Shown piece after piece: positions 43,834 to 56,846 of a stretch of 64,000 bases of DNA (its first letter is position 1; each line of letters begins with the position of its first letter). The stretch lies in assembly GCA_977862235.1 (NCBI GenBank), contig OZ374565.1, forward strand, positions 2,356,001-2,420,000, given 5' to 3'. The position numbers and the translations under genes are program-made. The notes below the pieces were generated by a model that made no database searches, was not told the origin of the DNA, and saw only the letters and a program-made list of their open reading frames with translations. Source of the DNA: Dudresnaya verticillata (taxonomy: Eukaryota).

Positions 43834-46800
43834 CTACACCTCCTGTTGGATCCCTTCCATCAGGCACTTGACGTTGTTCTGCACCAGTCGCGCCGCGTGC
43901 CTGTGGAACAGAGCCGCTCGCGAAACACCGCGAGTTACCATGGCCCGAGAAGCCACGGTATCCGCCAACTCTTGCATATACTTGTGCGCCTCCGGGTGCC
44001 AGCCACCTAGTGTGGTCATCGGCACCGGCACAAGCCTTGCCCCCGGTCCGGCAGCCTGGATGAAGCCACGGTAAGTCCGCACCTTGTCAGCGTGGGCGTT
44101 CTTCAGCGTCCCTTGCGGGTTTGTTATGCAGCTGAGAATGCGTTGTTCTGACGACAGTGGATGACTGATTGTGACGTCCAGGTAGTCCGTTCCTCCTTCT
44201 GTTCCAAGCGCCTTGATGTCCGGCCGATCCAAGTGAGCCCCCACCGGGCGGGGCTCCACAATCGGGGTGCGTGTCGCACGTTTCAGATCCGAAGCCAGCA
44301 GACGAACCTGAGAGTCGTGGCGCCACGACCGAGGAGATCCGCTGTTCCGCATGCCGTTCGGACAAATCAGCAGATGGTCGCCGTGAACATCCATCATCTT
44401 CTTGCACCCGGCCCGAGGACACTCCGTGTCGGGTTCCAGCAGTGGAATCCGACAGTAGAATCGAAGCCATACGCGGTAGTCCCGATCCGCAATGTACGTC
44501 TTCATGCCTGGTGCCGGCTGGCACTTGAGCCAGTCCTTGGCGCCCGGCACGCCAAGGGAAGCTCGGAAAGCTTGCGTCCGCCTGTCCCCGAGCGGCAGCT
44601 CGGCTTGCACTTTCTTCAGAACCAACCGCGTCAAGTCCCGCTGGCGCGGGCACTCGTCGCTGTCGATCTTCTCCAGGTCCAGGGCATCCTCACTATGGCA
44701 CTTGGCGCTCCAGTCTTCGTGCGCTTCTACTGCAAAAGGATCGTCAGAAAGAGCAGTGTTCACAGAAGCGGGTAAGATAGAACGCAGTAAGTTGCGGGTC
44801 AGTGAAAGGGACGCCAAAAACGCGCTCGAGTTCATGTCGCCAGCTCCCGAAATACCGATTCCGAAGCTGGGCTCTTTCGTGCGCAGGGGAAGCTGAAGTT
44901 CGCGGAAGGTGTCCCTCGGTAGGACTCCTCCCACGAGCTTGCGCATGCAAGCCTCAATCTTCTGGTCGAAGAGCTCGGCGCCCTTTGCCGTGGCGGATGA
45001 TGGAACTACTCGCAGCAGGTAGTTCAGCCGGCAGACTCCGGCACAGTTGCGGAGTAGAGTGATGGCCACGTGTAGGTCTTCTAGTCCCGAAATTGCGTCC
45101 AGCAGGGGCTGGATGGACTCGACATGGCCATTCACGCTCTCCTCCATGTAGTTCTGCGTTCCAATCGGAGCCTGAAGTACTGTAGTGCCTTCTCCGTAGC
45201 TCTGCCCAAGATCCGACGGGTAGGCAGCGCAGTCTTCTGGGTCGGGTGCAGTAGGCCACCAAACAGTACACTTGTCCATGCGCAGGTGGAAGCCATAGCC
45301 CTTAGCTTCCTCGGAGTCAAAGAAGGACAGAACCTTCCTGAGTACGGCGTGTTTCGCCACGATGACGCCGTCGTCCAGGTAGAACAGTGACAGCAGCAAG
45401 TTGTTCGCCCCCTCCGCTTGCTGATTGCGGCCCGAGCGCCGCAGGTCGGCGGTGAGTTCCTTCAACTGTTTGATCAGTGCCTGCAGCACCAAAGCAAACA
45501 GTAACGGCCCGAGCGGGTCACCTTGCTGTACACCAGTGACACTCCGCAGTAGAGTGTCACCCATCCACAGGTGCGGGCCCTCAGAGTCATAACAGTATCT
45601 GACCCACGGTAGTAGTTCAGGCATATGTCGGCGGACCTCCTTCATGAATGCTTTGCGGCTGACAAGGTTGAAGGCATTCTTCAAGTCCACTTGTAGCAAC
45701 CCGTAGGACTTGTCATGGCCGTGAGACTTCTGCAGCTTCCGGACCGCGTGTACAATGGCTTCTGTGCCGCCCGAGGTTGCGACCCCGAGCTGAAGCGGTT
45801 CGAGGTATGCCTTGGCCTTGGGAGCGACTCTGGTCATGAGCATAGAGCTCACGAGTCGTCGGATTGTCTCTCCTACAGCAATGGGGCGGACACCGCCGGT
45901 GCGCTTCTTCAGAGCCGTGAGAGGAGCGCTGGCAATCCAAGGCGACAGCTCCGCAGGTCCTGCGCCGCTGGCCAGCACGTTGACCATTTTGGTGAGCCCG
46001 CCAAGCAGGCCCGTGTGCTCGTGAGTGGTCGGGACTGAGAGCAGTTCCTGCAGATGGGTCGGTGATAGTCCTGTTCCCCCCGAGGCCGAAGCCCGGGGGA
46101 ACTTGGCCACTGCTTTTCGTACTTCGTCGGCTGTGAAAGGCACGAAGTCAGGCATGGTCGGCAGCGGTTCGGACTGGTCAAGCTCGTGGTCCGCGTCGGT
46201 TTGCGGTACGGACTGCGGGTGCTTGTCCTTCATGGACTGTATCACAGAGTCTGTGGCTGGGGCGATTCCATCAGAGTCTAGAGCTGCTGCTGCCTTACTG
46301 TAGGCGCCCTCCTTTGCAAGGCGAAGGGCTCGTGAGGCATTGATACGGCGTTGCTCTTCTGCGGAAGGCGCAGTCTGCTCACGGAATGTCGAGCCCTTCA
46401 AGGCCTCCTGCCATAGGGCGTCGTAATCCTTGAGTCCCCAGCGTCGGATTCGATCGCGGAAGGTGCCGATCGAGGACGCAGAGGTTGACGCGCTGGCCCT
46501 TGCACTCGCCGCGGGAGGATTGGACAAGACGGCTGCTGGAAAAAGCAGGAATGCAGTGAGCTCTTTGGTGGCTTCCTGAGAGTTGGTTGCGTTCGTAAAA
46601 GCCCATACCGTCTTGGACAGTGCGTCGCGCACCTCTGCGCGGACGCGAGACGGTATATGTGTGACCATAGGGATATGCGAGCGACAGATGTCTTCGACCG
46701 CCGGCAGAAGCTGCCCTCCTGGACCCCGCGCAACGGGTGGGGTTTGCGCAGTTGGTACCTCTCGAGTAGCAGGTACCGGTGCAGGAGGCGGCTCCTGGCT

Positions 46801-47322
46801 GTCCGGGATTCGTCGCGGGGCTGGCAGGATATCGTCCGCTGGCTCGCCGTCCTCGGGTTGCGTCTCCGTGACCGCGTCCAGAGCAGGAGACTGTGATGGC
46901 GCGGCTACAGTTTCTTCACGGCTCGGTGTCGTCAATTGGTTGGACGGGACGTGGGAGAACGCCGGAGTGCGAGTAGCGGGACATGCGCTGCAATTCTTGT
47001 ACCGCATACTGTACATGCCTTCACTGTTCATGCGGGAGCTACAGTGGGTGGGCATGTACTTGTTGTGAGTCACACAGTACCATACTCCATAGTCCAGGAG
47101 CTGCTGCTTGAGAGGCTCGATGTCGGTCCTCGTCGGTGGTCCTCGCCTGCCAGGAACATGCATCTTCCGCAGGTGCATGAGTAGCGCTTCTACAGTAGGC
47201 AGTGAGGACGACTGGCAGCCCAGAGGACAGCTGGTACTGTTTGTCGGGCGGTGTTTTGCCGAAGGCATAAAGCATGGAGAGAGCCATACCTTCGGCATGT
47301 CGGGGTGCTGCTGACCAATCAT
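43834..47322 (-). CDS. Non-LTR retrotransposon RT/RLE polyprotein, 1162 aa, copy 4
   Basis: Intact and near-identical to the copy 2 protein (TNATN vs TNTTN). Confidence 0.96.
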   Translation of the reverse strand: MIGQQHPDMPKVWLSPCFMPSAKHRPTNSTSCPLGCQSSSLPTVEALLMHLRKMHVPGRRGPPTRTDIEPLKQQLLDYGVWYCVTHNKYMPTHCSSRMNSEGMYSMRYKNCSACPATRTPAFSHVPSNQLTTPSREETVAAPSQSPALDAVTETQPEDGEPADDILPAPRRIPDSQEPPPAPVPATREVPTAQTPPVARGPGGQLLPAVEDICRSHIPMVTHIPSRVRAEVRDALSKTVWAFTNATNSQEATKELTAFLLFPAAVLSNPPAASARASASTSASSIGTFRDRIRRWGLKDYDALWQEALKGSTFREQTAPSAEEQRRINASRALRLAKEGAYSKAAAALDSDGIAPATDSVIQSMKDKHPQSVPQTDADHELDQSEPLPTMPDFVPFTADEVRKAVAKFPRASASGGTGLSPTHLQELLSVPTTHEHTGLLGGLTKMVNVLASGAGPAELSPWIASAPLTALKKRTGGVRPIAVGETIRRLVSSMLMTRVAPKAKAYLEPLQLGVATSGGTEAIVHAVRKLQKSHGHDKSYGLLQVDLKNAFNLVSRKAFMKEVRRHMPELLPWVRYCYDSEGPHLWMGDTLLRSVTGVQQGDPLGPLLFALVLQALIKQLKELTADLRRSGRNQQAEGANNLLLSLFYLDDGVIVAKHAVLRKVLSFFDSEEAKGYGFHLRMDKCTVWWPTAPDPEDCAAYPSDLGQSYGEGTTVLQAPIGTQNYMEESVNGHVESIQPLLDAISGLEDLHVAITLLRNCAGVCRLNYLLRVVPSSATAKGAELFDQKIEACMRKLVGGVLPRDTFRELQLPLRTKEPSFGIGISGAGDMNSSAFLASLSLTRNLLRSILPASVNTALSDDPFAVEAHEDWSAKCHSEDALDLEKIDSDECPRQRDLTRLVLKKVQAELPLGDRRTQAFRASLGVPGAKDWLKCQPAPGMKTYIADRDYRVWLRFYCRIPLLEPDTECPRAGCKKMMDVHGDHLLICPNGMRNSGSPRSWRHDSQVRLLASDLKRATRTPIVEPRPVGAHLDRPDIKALGTEGGTDYLDVTISHPLSSEQRILSCITNPQGTLKNAHADKVRTYRGFIQAAGPGARLVPVPMTTLGGWHPEAHKYMQELADTVASRAMVTRGVSRAALFHRHAARLVQNNVKCLMEGIQQEV

Positions 47323-48062
47323 GGTTACAGCGCTGGGTAAGGTACCTGTAAAGGTCCTCTACAGTAGGTTCCCACGGGGCACAGACCTCCTAACCGGGAC
47401 GCAAGCCTGTCGTCCGTCGTCAGTCTGTTCGGGACACCTCCAGAGGGTGCTACAGGTGGCCTTGCTGCGAGATGAGGGCCTCTTCGCAGCGTAGGGCGCG
47501 AGATCGCGCACTTTGCGCACGAGCTCGCGCAAAAGGGCGCGCGTGTTAGCGTTCGTGCGCGCAGAGTTATCGGACGTTCCCTTCCCTGCCGCAGCTGAGA
47601 AGAGTCTCTTCACTGCGGTCCTGTAACGCGCGGTACTTCTCGTTTGCACAAGCTCTCAATGGGGTCGCAGAACCACCGTCTACCTGTGAGTGCCCACAGG
47701 ATTTTTGGCCTCCCCCGAAGGTTCGCTGGCAGGACGTTCGCTCGATCTTAGAAGGGGTGGTTTCAAAACAGGATCCACCAGGCTTAAGCCACGTTACCCC
47801 AACTTCGACGTTGCTTGGCACGTTTCTGCGATGAGCTTGTGGGTCACGAGCCGCCTACCACTCAAGGTCGAGGGTCTTTGGCGATTCCCACACTTGTAGG
47901 TCTCTCGGCACTTCCCGAAGGAAGATTTTACAGGACAAGCCTGGCCTTTACCAATCTGTCAGTTGAAGGGTGTGAAACCCCTCTGTCGACAGTCCACGGC
48001 AGCCTAGACAGAGTCTAGGCTGTGCCGGGTACAAGCAAAACGCGTACAGGGCCAGGGAAAGA

Positions 48063-48108
48063 AAGATAAGTCAGTGGGGCCCGGGCAAATTTCAAGGTGA
48101 GGGATCAC
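48063..48108 (+). promoter_or_regulatory. 5S internal-control-region mimic in element 5' UTR, copy 4
   Basis: Box A match 48063-48072 and box C match 48095-48108. Confidence 0.65.
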
Positions 48109-48338
48109 CTTAAAAGTAAGCGCAAAATAGGAAACGCGTGACCGTCGGCGACGACGGCGGCGGCGACGGCGGCGACGACGACGGCGTCGCGGCGCAGATC
48201 GGCGGCGCGGAAAGAGACAAAAGTAGACCGCGCTCGCCCGCCCGCGAAGGTGAAGGGCTGAAAAACCCCGCACCGACGCGCCGTCGCGCGCTCGAACAGG
48301 CGGCACCGCCGCCGAAAAGATCGGTGCAGAACTTGCTC

Positions 48339-48383
48339 AGTACTGAGGTGAGGGATCACTCTGGAATCGCCAGTGCCGAATGT
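48339..48383 (+). pseudogene. 3' fragment (nt 76-120) of the 5S gene interrupted by copy 4
   Basis: agtactgaggtgagggatcac...gccgaatgt. Confidence 0.93.
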
Positions 48384-49472
48384 TTTTATTTTTTTGCACC
48401 TCATTCCTTCCTCCCCGCCGCCCTCTGCGTACATTGCTGCCTTGCATACCTCTCCCACAGAATCCCCGACCCACTGCCTCTGTACAGCGTATTCTTTTCA
48501 CTCGCACTTTTCCCCTTTTCTTGTAAGTGGGAGGGAGTCTGAGAGTGTTTGCAGGTGTCTAGGGGTTGTTTAGGGTTAGGTCTAGGGTTAGTTTGGTTAC
48601 TGTGGTACGCGAGGGGCATGATATTGGGAGGGTAAAGGGTCTAGTGTTGGTGCATGGAATGAATCATGGTGGTGGAAGGAATGGATCAGTGTGGTGGATG
48701 AATTGGATTTAGGGACATAGAATTGGATTAGATTTAGTACCCAGAAGATTGGATCAAGGATCACCACAATCGGATCAAGTCTGGTGGCTGGGGTGAGGGT
48801 GGCTTGGACGTTTGTGCTCATAACTTTGGAACGGCTGGGGCTAGGGAGCTGCTCAGTAGCTGAATCGAAGCGTCTCGTTGCTGCGCATTGCGTAGCGCTC
48901 TTACCCTCCTAAATCGACTTTTTGGCGCGTTTCTATGGTGCAAAACGTCCCCACGGGCCGTCGGCAGCTTTTGAGCAGATCAAATAGGGGTTTGGGGCAT
49001 GTATGGTTATGGGTGGGTTTAGGGGTGTTAGGGATGTGTCATTTTAACGCGTTTAGGAGTGTAGGGAGTGGGAATGAAAGTAGTAAGGATGAGGAAATGG
49101 AAAGGGAAGGATGAGAAAGTATAGTACAATGCAGTAATACAAATCACGGAATGCATCAGGTTGGGATCCAATAAGGGTGGATGGATTGGATCAACGGAAG
49201 TCAAGGCGTTATAGGATTGGATCTAGGGGCTCTGTAAATTAGATTGGGTGCTGGTTTCATTGAACCAAGGGGTCAGAACGTCCATGAGCTGGTTGACTGT
49301 ATTTATATTGAATCCTGCGTTTAGAGTAAATGGTATACGGTTATGGGTCATTACTTTAATGCTCCACGTGTACACTACAGTCGGATGGACATTGGACGCA
49401 GGAGTCTTTAGTCGATGACGGGGAGTGCAGTTGATGGCGCATTTAAATAGGGGTACGGCGGGAACAGCAAGC

Positions 49473-49592
49473 ACATTCGGCCATACTACGCAGACATGCT
49501 CCGTATCCCATCCCGAACTGCGAAGATAAGTCTCGTCAGGCTGGTTTAGTACTGAGGTGAGGGATCACTCTGGAATCGCCAGTGCCGAATGT
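49473..49592 (+). rRNA. 5S rRNA
   Basis: Copy of 4086-4205. Confidence 0.97.
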
Positions 49593-50681
49593 TTTTATTT
49601 TTTTGCACCTCATTCCTTCCTCCCCGCCGCCCTCTGCGTACATTGCTGCCTTGCATACCTCTCCCACAGAATCCCCGACCCACTGCCTCTGTACAGCGTA
49701 TTCTTTTCACTCGCACTTTTCCCCTTTTCTTGTAAGTGGGAGGGAGTCTGAGAGTGTTTGCAGGTGTCTAGGGGTTGTTTAGGGTTAGGTCTAGGGTTAG
49801 TTTGGTTACTGTGGTACGCGAGGGGCATGATATTGGGAGGGTAAAGGGTCTAGTGTTGGTGCATGGAATGAATCATGGTGGTGGAAGGAATGGATCAGTG
49901 TGGTGGATGAATTGGATTTAGGGACATAGAATTGGATTAGATTTAGTACCCAGAAGATTGGATCAAGGATCACCACAATCGGATCAAGTCTGGTGGCTGG
50001 GGTGAGGGTGGCTTGGACGTTTGTGCTCATAACTTTGGAACGGCTGGGGCTAGGGAGCTGCTCAGTAGCTGAATCGAAGCGTCTCGTTGCTGCGCATTGC
50101 GTAGCGCTCTTACCCTCCTAAATCGACTTTTTGGCGCGTTTCTATGGTGCAAAACGTCCCCACGGGCCGTCGGCAGCTTTTGAGCAGATCAAATAGGGGT
50201 TTGGGGCATGTATGGTTATGGGTGGGTTTAGGGGTGTTAGGGATGTGTCATTTTAACGCGTTTAGGAGTGTAGGGAGTGGGAATGAAAGTAGTAAGGATG
50301 AGGAAATGGAAAGGGAAGGATGAGAAAGTATAGTACAATGCAGTAATACAAATCACGGAATGCATCAGGTTGGGATCCAATAAGGGTGGATGGATTGGAT
50401 CAACGGAAGTCAAGGCGTTATAGGATTGGATCTAGGGGCTCTGTAAATTAGATTGGGTGCTGGTTTCATTGAACCAAGGGGTCAGAACGTCCATGAGCTG
50501 GTTGACTGTATTTATATTGAATCCTGCGTTTAGAGTAAATGGTATACGGTTATGGGTCATTACTTTAATGCTCCACGTGTACACTACAGTCGGATGGACA
50601 TTGGACGCAGGAGTCTTTAGTCGATGACGGGGAGTGCAGTTGATGGCGCATTTAAATAGGGGTACGGCGGGAACAGCAAGC

Positions 50682-50801
50682 ACATTCGGCCATACTACGC
50701 AGACATGCTCCGTATCCCATCCCGAACTGCGAAGATAAGTCTCGTCAGGCTGGTTTAGTACTGAGGTGAGGGATCACTCTGGAATCGCCAGTGCCGAATG
50801 T
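50682..50801 (+). rRNA. 5S rRNA
   Basis: Copy of 4086-4205. Confidence 0.97.
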
Positions 50802-51890
50802 TTTTATTTTTTTGCACCTCATTCCTTCCTCCCCGCCGCCCTCTGCGTACATTGCTGCCTTGCATACCTCTCCCACAGAATCCCCGACCCACTGCCTCTG
50901 TACAGCGTATTCTTTTCACTCGCACTTTTCCCCTTTTCTTGTAAGTGGGAGGGAGTCTGAGAGTGTTTGCAGGTGTCTAGGGGTTGTTTAGGGTTAGGTC
51001 TAGGGTTAGTTTGGTTACTGTGGTACGCGAGGGGCATGATATTGGGAGGGTAAAGGGTCTAGTGTTGGTGCATGGAATGAATCATGGTGGTGGAAGGAAT
51101 GGATCAGTGTGGTGGATGAATTGGATTTAGGGACATAGAATTGGATTAGATTTAGTACCCAGAAGATTGGATCAAGGATCACCACAATCGGATCAAGTCT
51201 GGTGGCTGGGGTGAGGGTGGCTTGGACGTTTGTGCTCATAACTTTGGAACGGCTGGGGCTAGGGAGCTGCTCAGTAGCTGAATCGAAGCGTCTCGTTGCT
51301 GCGCATTGCGTAGCGCTCTTACCCTCCTAAATCGACTTTTTGGCGCGTTTCTATGGTGCAAAACGTCCCCACGGGCCGTCGGCAGCTTTTGAGCAGATCA
51401 AATAGGGGTTTGGGGCATGTATGGTTATGGGTGGGTTTAGGGGTGTTAGGGATGTGTCATTTTAACGCGTTTAGGAGTGTAGGGAGTGGGAATGAAAGTA
51501 GTAAGGATGAGGAAATGGAAAGGGAAGGATGAGAAAGTATAGTACAATGCAGTAATACAAATCACGGAATGCATCAGGTTGGGATCCAATAAGGGTGGAT
51601 GGATTGGATCAACGGAAGTCAAGGCGTTATAGGATTGGATCTAGGGGCTCTGTAAATTAGATTGGGTGCTGGTTTCATTGAACCAAGGGGTCAGAACGTC
51701 CATGAGCTGGTTGACTGTATTTATATTGAATCCTGCGTTTAGAGTAAATGGTATACGGTTATGGGTCATTACTTTAATGCTCCACGTGTACACTACAGTC
51801 GGATGGACATTGGACGCAGGAGTCTTTAGTCGATGACGGGGAGTGCAGTTGATGGCGCATTTAAATAGGGGTACGGCGGGAACAGCAAGC

Positions 51891-52010
51891 ACATTCGGCC
51901 ATACTACGCAGACATGCTCCGTATCCCATCCCGAACTGCGAAGATAAGTCTCGTCAGGCTGGTTTAGTACTGAGGTGAGGGATCACTCTGGAATCGCCAG
52001 TGCCGAATGT
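51891..52010 (+). rRNA. 5S rRNA
   Basis: Copy of 4086-4205. Confidence 0.97.
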
Positions 52011-53099
52011 TTTTATTTTTTTGCACCTCATTCCTTCCTCCCCGCCGCCCTCTGCGTACATTGCTGCCTTGCATACCTCTCCCACAGAATCCCCGACCCA
52101 CTGCCTCTGTACAGCGTATTCTTTTCACTCGCACTTTTCCCCTTTTCTTGTAAGTGGGAGGGAGTCTGAGAGTGTTTGCAGGTGTCTAGGGGTTGTTTAG
52201 GGTTAGGTCTAGGGTTAGTTTGGTTACTGTGGTACGCGAGGGGCATGATATTGGGAGGGTAAAGGGTCTAGTGTTGGTGCATGGAATGAATCATGGTGGT
52301 GGAAGGAATGGATCAGTGTGGTGGATGAATTGGATTTAGGGACATAGAATTGGATTAGATTTAGTACCCAGAAGATTGGATCAAGGATCACCACAATCGG
52401 ATCAAGTCTGGTGGCTGGGGTGAGGGTGGCTTGGACGTTTGTGCTCATAACTTTGGAACGGCTGGGGCTAGGGAGCTGCTCAGTAGCTGAATCGAAGCGT
52501 CTCGTTGCTGCGCATTGCGTAGCGCTCTTACCCTCCTAAATCGACTTTTTGGCGCGTTTCTATGGTGCAAAACGTCCCCACGGGCCGTCGGCAGCTTTTG
52601 AGCAGATCAAATAGGGGTTTGGGGCATGTATGGTTATGGGTGGGTTTAGGGGTGTTAGGGATGTGTCATTTTAACGCGTTTAGGAGTGTAGGGAGTGGGA
52701 ATGAAAGTAGTAAGGATGAGGAAATGGAAAGGGAAGGATGAGAAAGTATAGTACAATGCAGTAATACAAATCACGGAATGCATCAGGTTGGGATCCAATA
52801 AGGGTGGATGGATTGGATCAACGGAAGTCAAGGCGTTATAGGATTGGATCTAGGGGCTCTGTAAATTAGATTGGGTGCTGGTTTCATTGAACCAAGGGGT
52901 CAGAACGTCCATGAGCTGGTTGACTGTATTTATATTGAATCCTGCGTTTAGAGTAAATGGTATACGGTTATGGGTCATTACTTTAATGCTCCACGTGTAC
53001 ACTACAGTCGGATGGACATTGGACGCAGGAGTCTTTAGTCGATGACGGGGAGTGCAGTTGATGGCGCATTTAAATAGGGGTACGGCGGGAACAGCAAGC

Positions 53100-53219
53100 A
53101 CATTCGGCCATACTACGCAGACATGCTCCGTATCCCATCCCGAACTGCGAAGATAAGTCTCGTCAGGCTGGTTTAGTACTGAGGTGAGGGATCACTCTGG
53201 AATCGCCAGTGCCGAATGT
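53100..53219 (+). rRNA. 5S rRNA
   Basis: Copy of 4086-4205. Confidence 0.97.
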
Positions 53220-54308
53220 TTTTATTTTTTTGCACCTCATTCCTTCCTCCCCGCCGCCCTCTGCGTACATTGCTGCCTTGCATACCTCTCCCACAGAATC
53301 CCCGACCCACTGCCTCTGTACAGCGTATTCTTTTCACTCGCACTTTTCCCCTTTTCTTGTAAGTGGGAGGGAGTCTGAGAGTGTTTGCAGGTGTCTAGGG
53401 GTTGTTTAGGGTTAGGTCTAGGGTTAGTTTGGTTACTGTGGTACGCGAGGGGCATGATATTGGGAGGGTAAAGGGTCTAGTGTTGGTGCATGGAATGAAT
53501 CATGGTGGTGGAAGGAATGGATCAGTGTGGTGGATGAATTGGATTTAGGGACATAGAATTGGATTAGATTTAGTACCCAGAAGATTGGATCAAGGATCAC
53601 CACAATCGGATCAAGTCTGGTGGCTGGGGTGAGGGTGGCTTGGACGTTTGTGCTCATAACTTTGGAACGGCTGGGGCTAGGGAGCTGCTCAGTAGCTGAA
53701 TCGAAGCGTCTCGTTGCTGCGCATTGCGTAGCGCTCTTACCCTCCTAAATCGACTTTTTGGCGCGTTTCTATGGTGCAAAACGTCCCCACGGGCCGTCGG
53801 CAGCTTTTGAGCAGATCAAATAGGGGTTTGGGGCATGTATGGTTATGGGTGGGTTTAGGGGTGTTAGGGATGTGTCATTTTAACGCGTTTAGGAGTGTAG
53901 GGAGTGGGAATGAAAGTAGTAAGGATGAGGAAATGGAAAGGGAAGGATGAGAAAGTATAGTACAATGCAGTAATACAAATCACGGAATGCATCAGGTTGG
54001 GATCCAATAAGGGTGGATGGATTGGATCAACGGAAGTCAAGGCGTTATAGGATTGGATCTAGGGGCTCTGTAAATTAGATTGGGTGCTGGTTTCATTGAA
54101 CCAAGGGGTCAGAACGTCCATGAGCTGGTTGACTGTATTTATATTGAATCCTGCGTTTAGAGTAAATGGTATACGGTTATGGGTCATTACTTTAATGCTC
54201 CACGTGTACACTACAGTCGGATGGACATTGGACGCAGGAGTCTTTAGTCGATGACGGGGAGTGCAGTTGATGGCGCATTTAAATAGGGGTACGGCGGGAA
54301 CAGCAAGC

Positions 54309-54428
54309 ACATTCGGCCATACTACGCAGACATGCTCCGTATCCCATCCCGAACTGCGAAGATAAGTCTCGTCAGGCTGGTTTAGTACTGAGGTGAGGGA
54401 TCACTCTGGAATCGCCAGTGCCGAATGT
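54309..54428 (+). rRNA. 5S rRNA
   Basis: Copy of 4086-4205. Confidence 0.97.
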
Positions 54429-55517
54429 TTTTATTTTTTTGCACCTCATTCCTTCCTCCCCGCCGCCCTCTGCGTACATTGCTGCCTTGCATACCTCTCC
54501 CACAGAATCCCCGACCCACTGCCTCTGTACAGCGTATTCTTTTCACTCGCACTTTTCCCCTTTTCTTGTAAGTGGGAGGGAGTCTGAGAGTGTTTGCAGG
54601 TGTCTAGGGGTTGTTTAGGGTTAGGTCTAGGGTTAGTTTGGTTACTGTGGTACGCGAGGGGCATGATATTGGGAGGGTAAAGGGTCTAGTGTTGGTGCAT
54701 GGAATGAATCATGGTGGTGGAAGGAATGGATCAGTGTGGTGGATGAATTGGATTTAGGGACATAGAATTGGATTAGATTTAGTACCCAGAAGATTGGATC
54801 AAGGATCACCACAATCGGATCAAGTCTGGTGGCTGGGGTGAGGGTGGCTTGGACGTTTGTGCTCATAACTTTGGAACGGCTGGGGCTAGGGAGCTGCTCA
54901 GTAGCTGAATCGAAGCGTCTCGTTGCTGCGCATTGCGTAGCGCTCTTACCCTCCTAAATCGACTTTTTGGCGCGTTTCTATGGTGCAAAACGTCCCCACG
55001 GGCCGTCGGCAGCTTTTGAGCAGATCAAATAGGGGTTTGGGGCATGTATGGTTATGGGTGGGTTTAGGGGTGTTAGGGATGTGTCATTTTAACGCGTTTA
55101 GGAGTGTAGGGAGTGGGAATGAAAGTAGTAAGGATGAGGAAATGGAAAGGGAAGGATGAGAAAGTATAGTACAATGCAGTAATACAAATCACGGAATGCA
55201 TCAGGTTGGGATCCAATAAGGGTGGATGGATTGGATCAACGGAAGTCAAGGCGTTATAGGATTGGATCTAGGGGCTCTGTAAATTAGATTGGGTGCTGGT
55301 TTCATTGAACCAAGGGGTCAGAACGTCCATGAGCTGGTTGACTGTATTTATATTGAATCCTGCGTTTAGAGTAAATGGTATACGGTTATGGGTCATTACT
55401 TTAATGCTCCACGTGTACACTACAGTCGGATGGACATTGGACGCAGGAGTCTTTAGTCGATGACGGGGAGTGCAGTTGATGGCGCATTTAAATAGGGGTA
55501 CGGCGGGAACAGCAAGC

Positions 55518-55637
55518 ACATTCGGCCATACTACGCAGACATGCTCCGTATCCCATCCCGAACTGCGAAGATAAGTCTCGTCAGGCTGGTTTAGTACTGA
55601 GGTGAGGGATCACTCTGGAATCGCCAGTGCCGAATGT
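55518..55637 (+). rRNA. 5S rRNA
   Basis: Copy of 4086-4205. Confidence 0.97.
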
Positions 55638-56726
55638 TTTTATTTTTTTGCACCTCATTCCTTCCTCCCCGCCGCCCTCTGCGTACATTGCTGCCTTGCA
55701 TACCTCTCCCACAGAATCCCCGACCCACTGCCTCTGTACAGCGTATTCTTTTCACTCGCACTTTTCCCCTTTTCTTGTAAGTGGGAGGGAGTCTGAGAGT
55801 GTTTGCAGGTGTCTAGGGGTTGTTTAGGGTTAGGTCTAGGGTTAGTTTGGTTACTGTGGTACGCGAGGGGCATGATATTGGGAGGGTAAAGGGTCTAGTG
55901 TTGGTGCATGGAATGAATCATGGTGGTGGAAGGAATGGATCAGTGTGGTGGATGAATTGGATTTAGGGACATAGAATTGGATTAGATTTAGTACCCAGAA
56001 GATTGGATCAAGGATCACCACAATCGGATCAAGTCTGGTGGCTGGGGTGAGGGTGGCTTGGACGTTTGTGCTCATAACTTTGGAACGGCTGGGGCTAGGG
56101 AGCTGCTCAGTAGCTGAATCGAAGCGTCTCGTTGCTGCGCATTGCGTAGCGCTCTTACCCTCCTAAATCGACTTTTTGGCGCGTTTCTATGGTGCAAAAC
56201 GTCCCCACGGGCCGTCGGCAGCTTTTGAGCAGATCAAATAGGGGTTTGGGGCATGTATGGTTATGGGTGGGTTTAGGGGTGTTAGGGATGTGTCATTTTA
56301 ACGCGTTTAGGAGTGTAGGGAGTGGGAATGAAAGTAGTAAGGATGAGGAAATGGAAAGGGAAGGATGAGAAAGTATAGTACAATGCAGTAATACAAATCA
56401 CGGAATGCATCAGGTTGGGATCCAATAAGGGTGGATGGATTGGATCAACGGAAGTCAAGGCGTTATAGGATTGGATCTAGGGGCTCTGTAAATTAGATTG
56501 GGTGCTGGTTTCATTGAACCAAGGGGTCAGAACGTCCATGAGCTGGTTGACTGTATTTATATTGAATCCTGCGTTTAGAGTAAATGGTATACGGTTATGG
56601 GTCATTACTTTAATGCTCCACGTGTACACTACAGTCGGATGGACATTGGACGCAGGAGTCTTTAGTCGATGACGGGGAGTGCAGTTGATGGCGCATTTAA
56701 ATAGGGGTACGGCGGGAACAGCAAGC

Positions 56727-56846
56727 ACATTCGGCCATACTACGCAGACATGCTCCGTATCCCATCCCGAACTGCGAAGATAAGTCTCGTCAGGCTGGTT
56801 TAGTACTGAGGTGAGGGATCACTCTGGAATCGCCAGTGCCGAATGT
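56727..56846 (+). rRNA. 5S rRNA
   Basis: Copy of 4086-4205. Confidence 0.97.

Larger units (their letters stand above)
43733..48337 (-). mobile_element. Non-LTR RLE (CRE-like) retrotransposon copy 4, 4605 bp, slightly 5'-truncated, 14-bp TSD agtactgaggtgag
   Basis: Colinear with copy 2 at offset 26259. Lacks the 38 terminal bp shared by copies 2 and 3. TSD at 43719-43732 and 48339-48352. Confidence 0.96.
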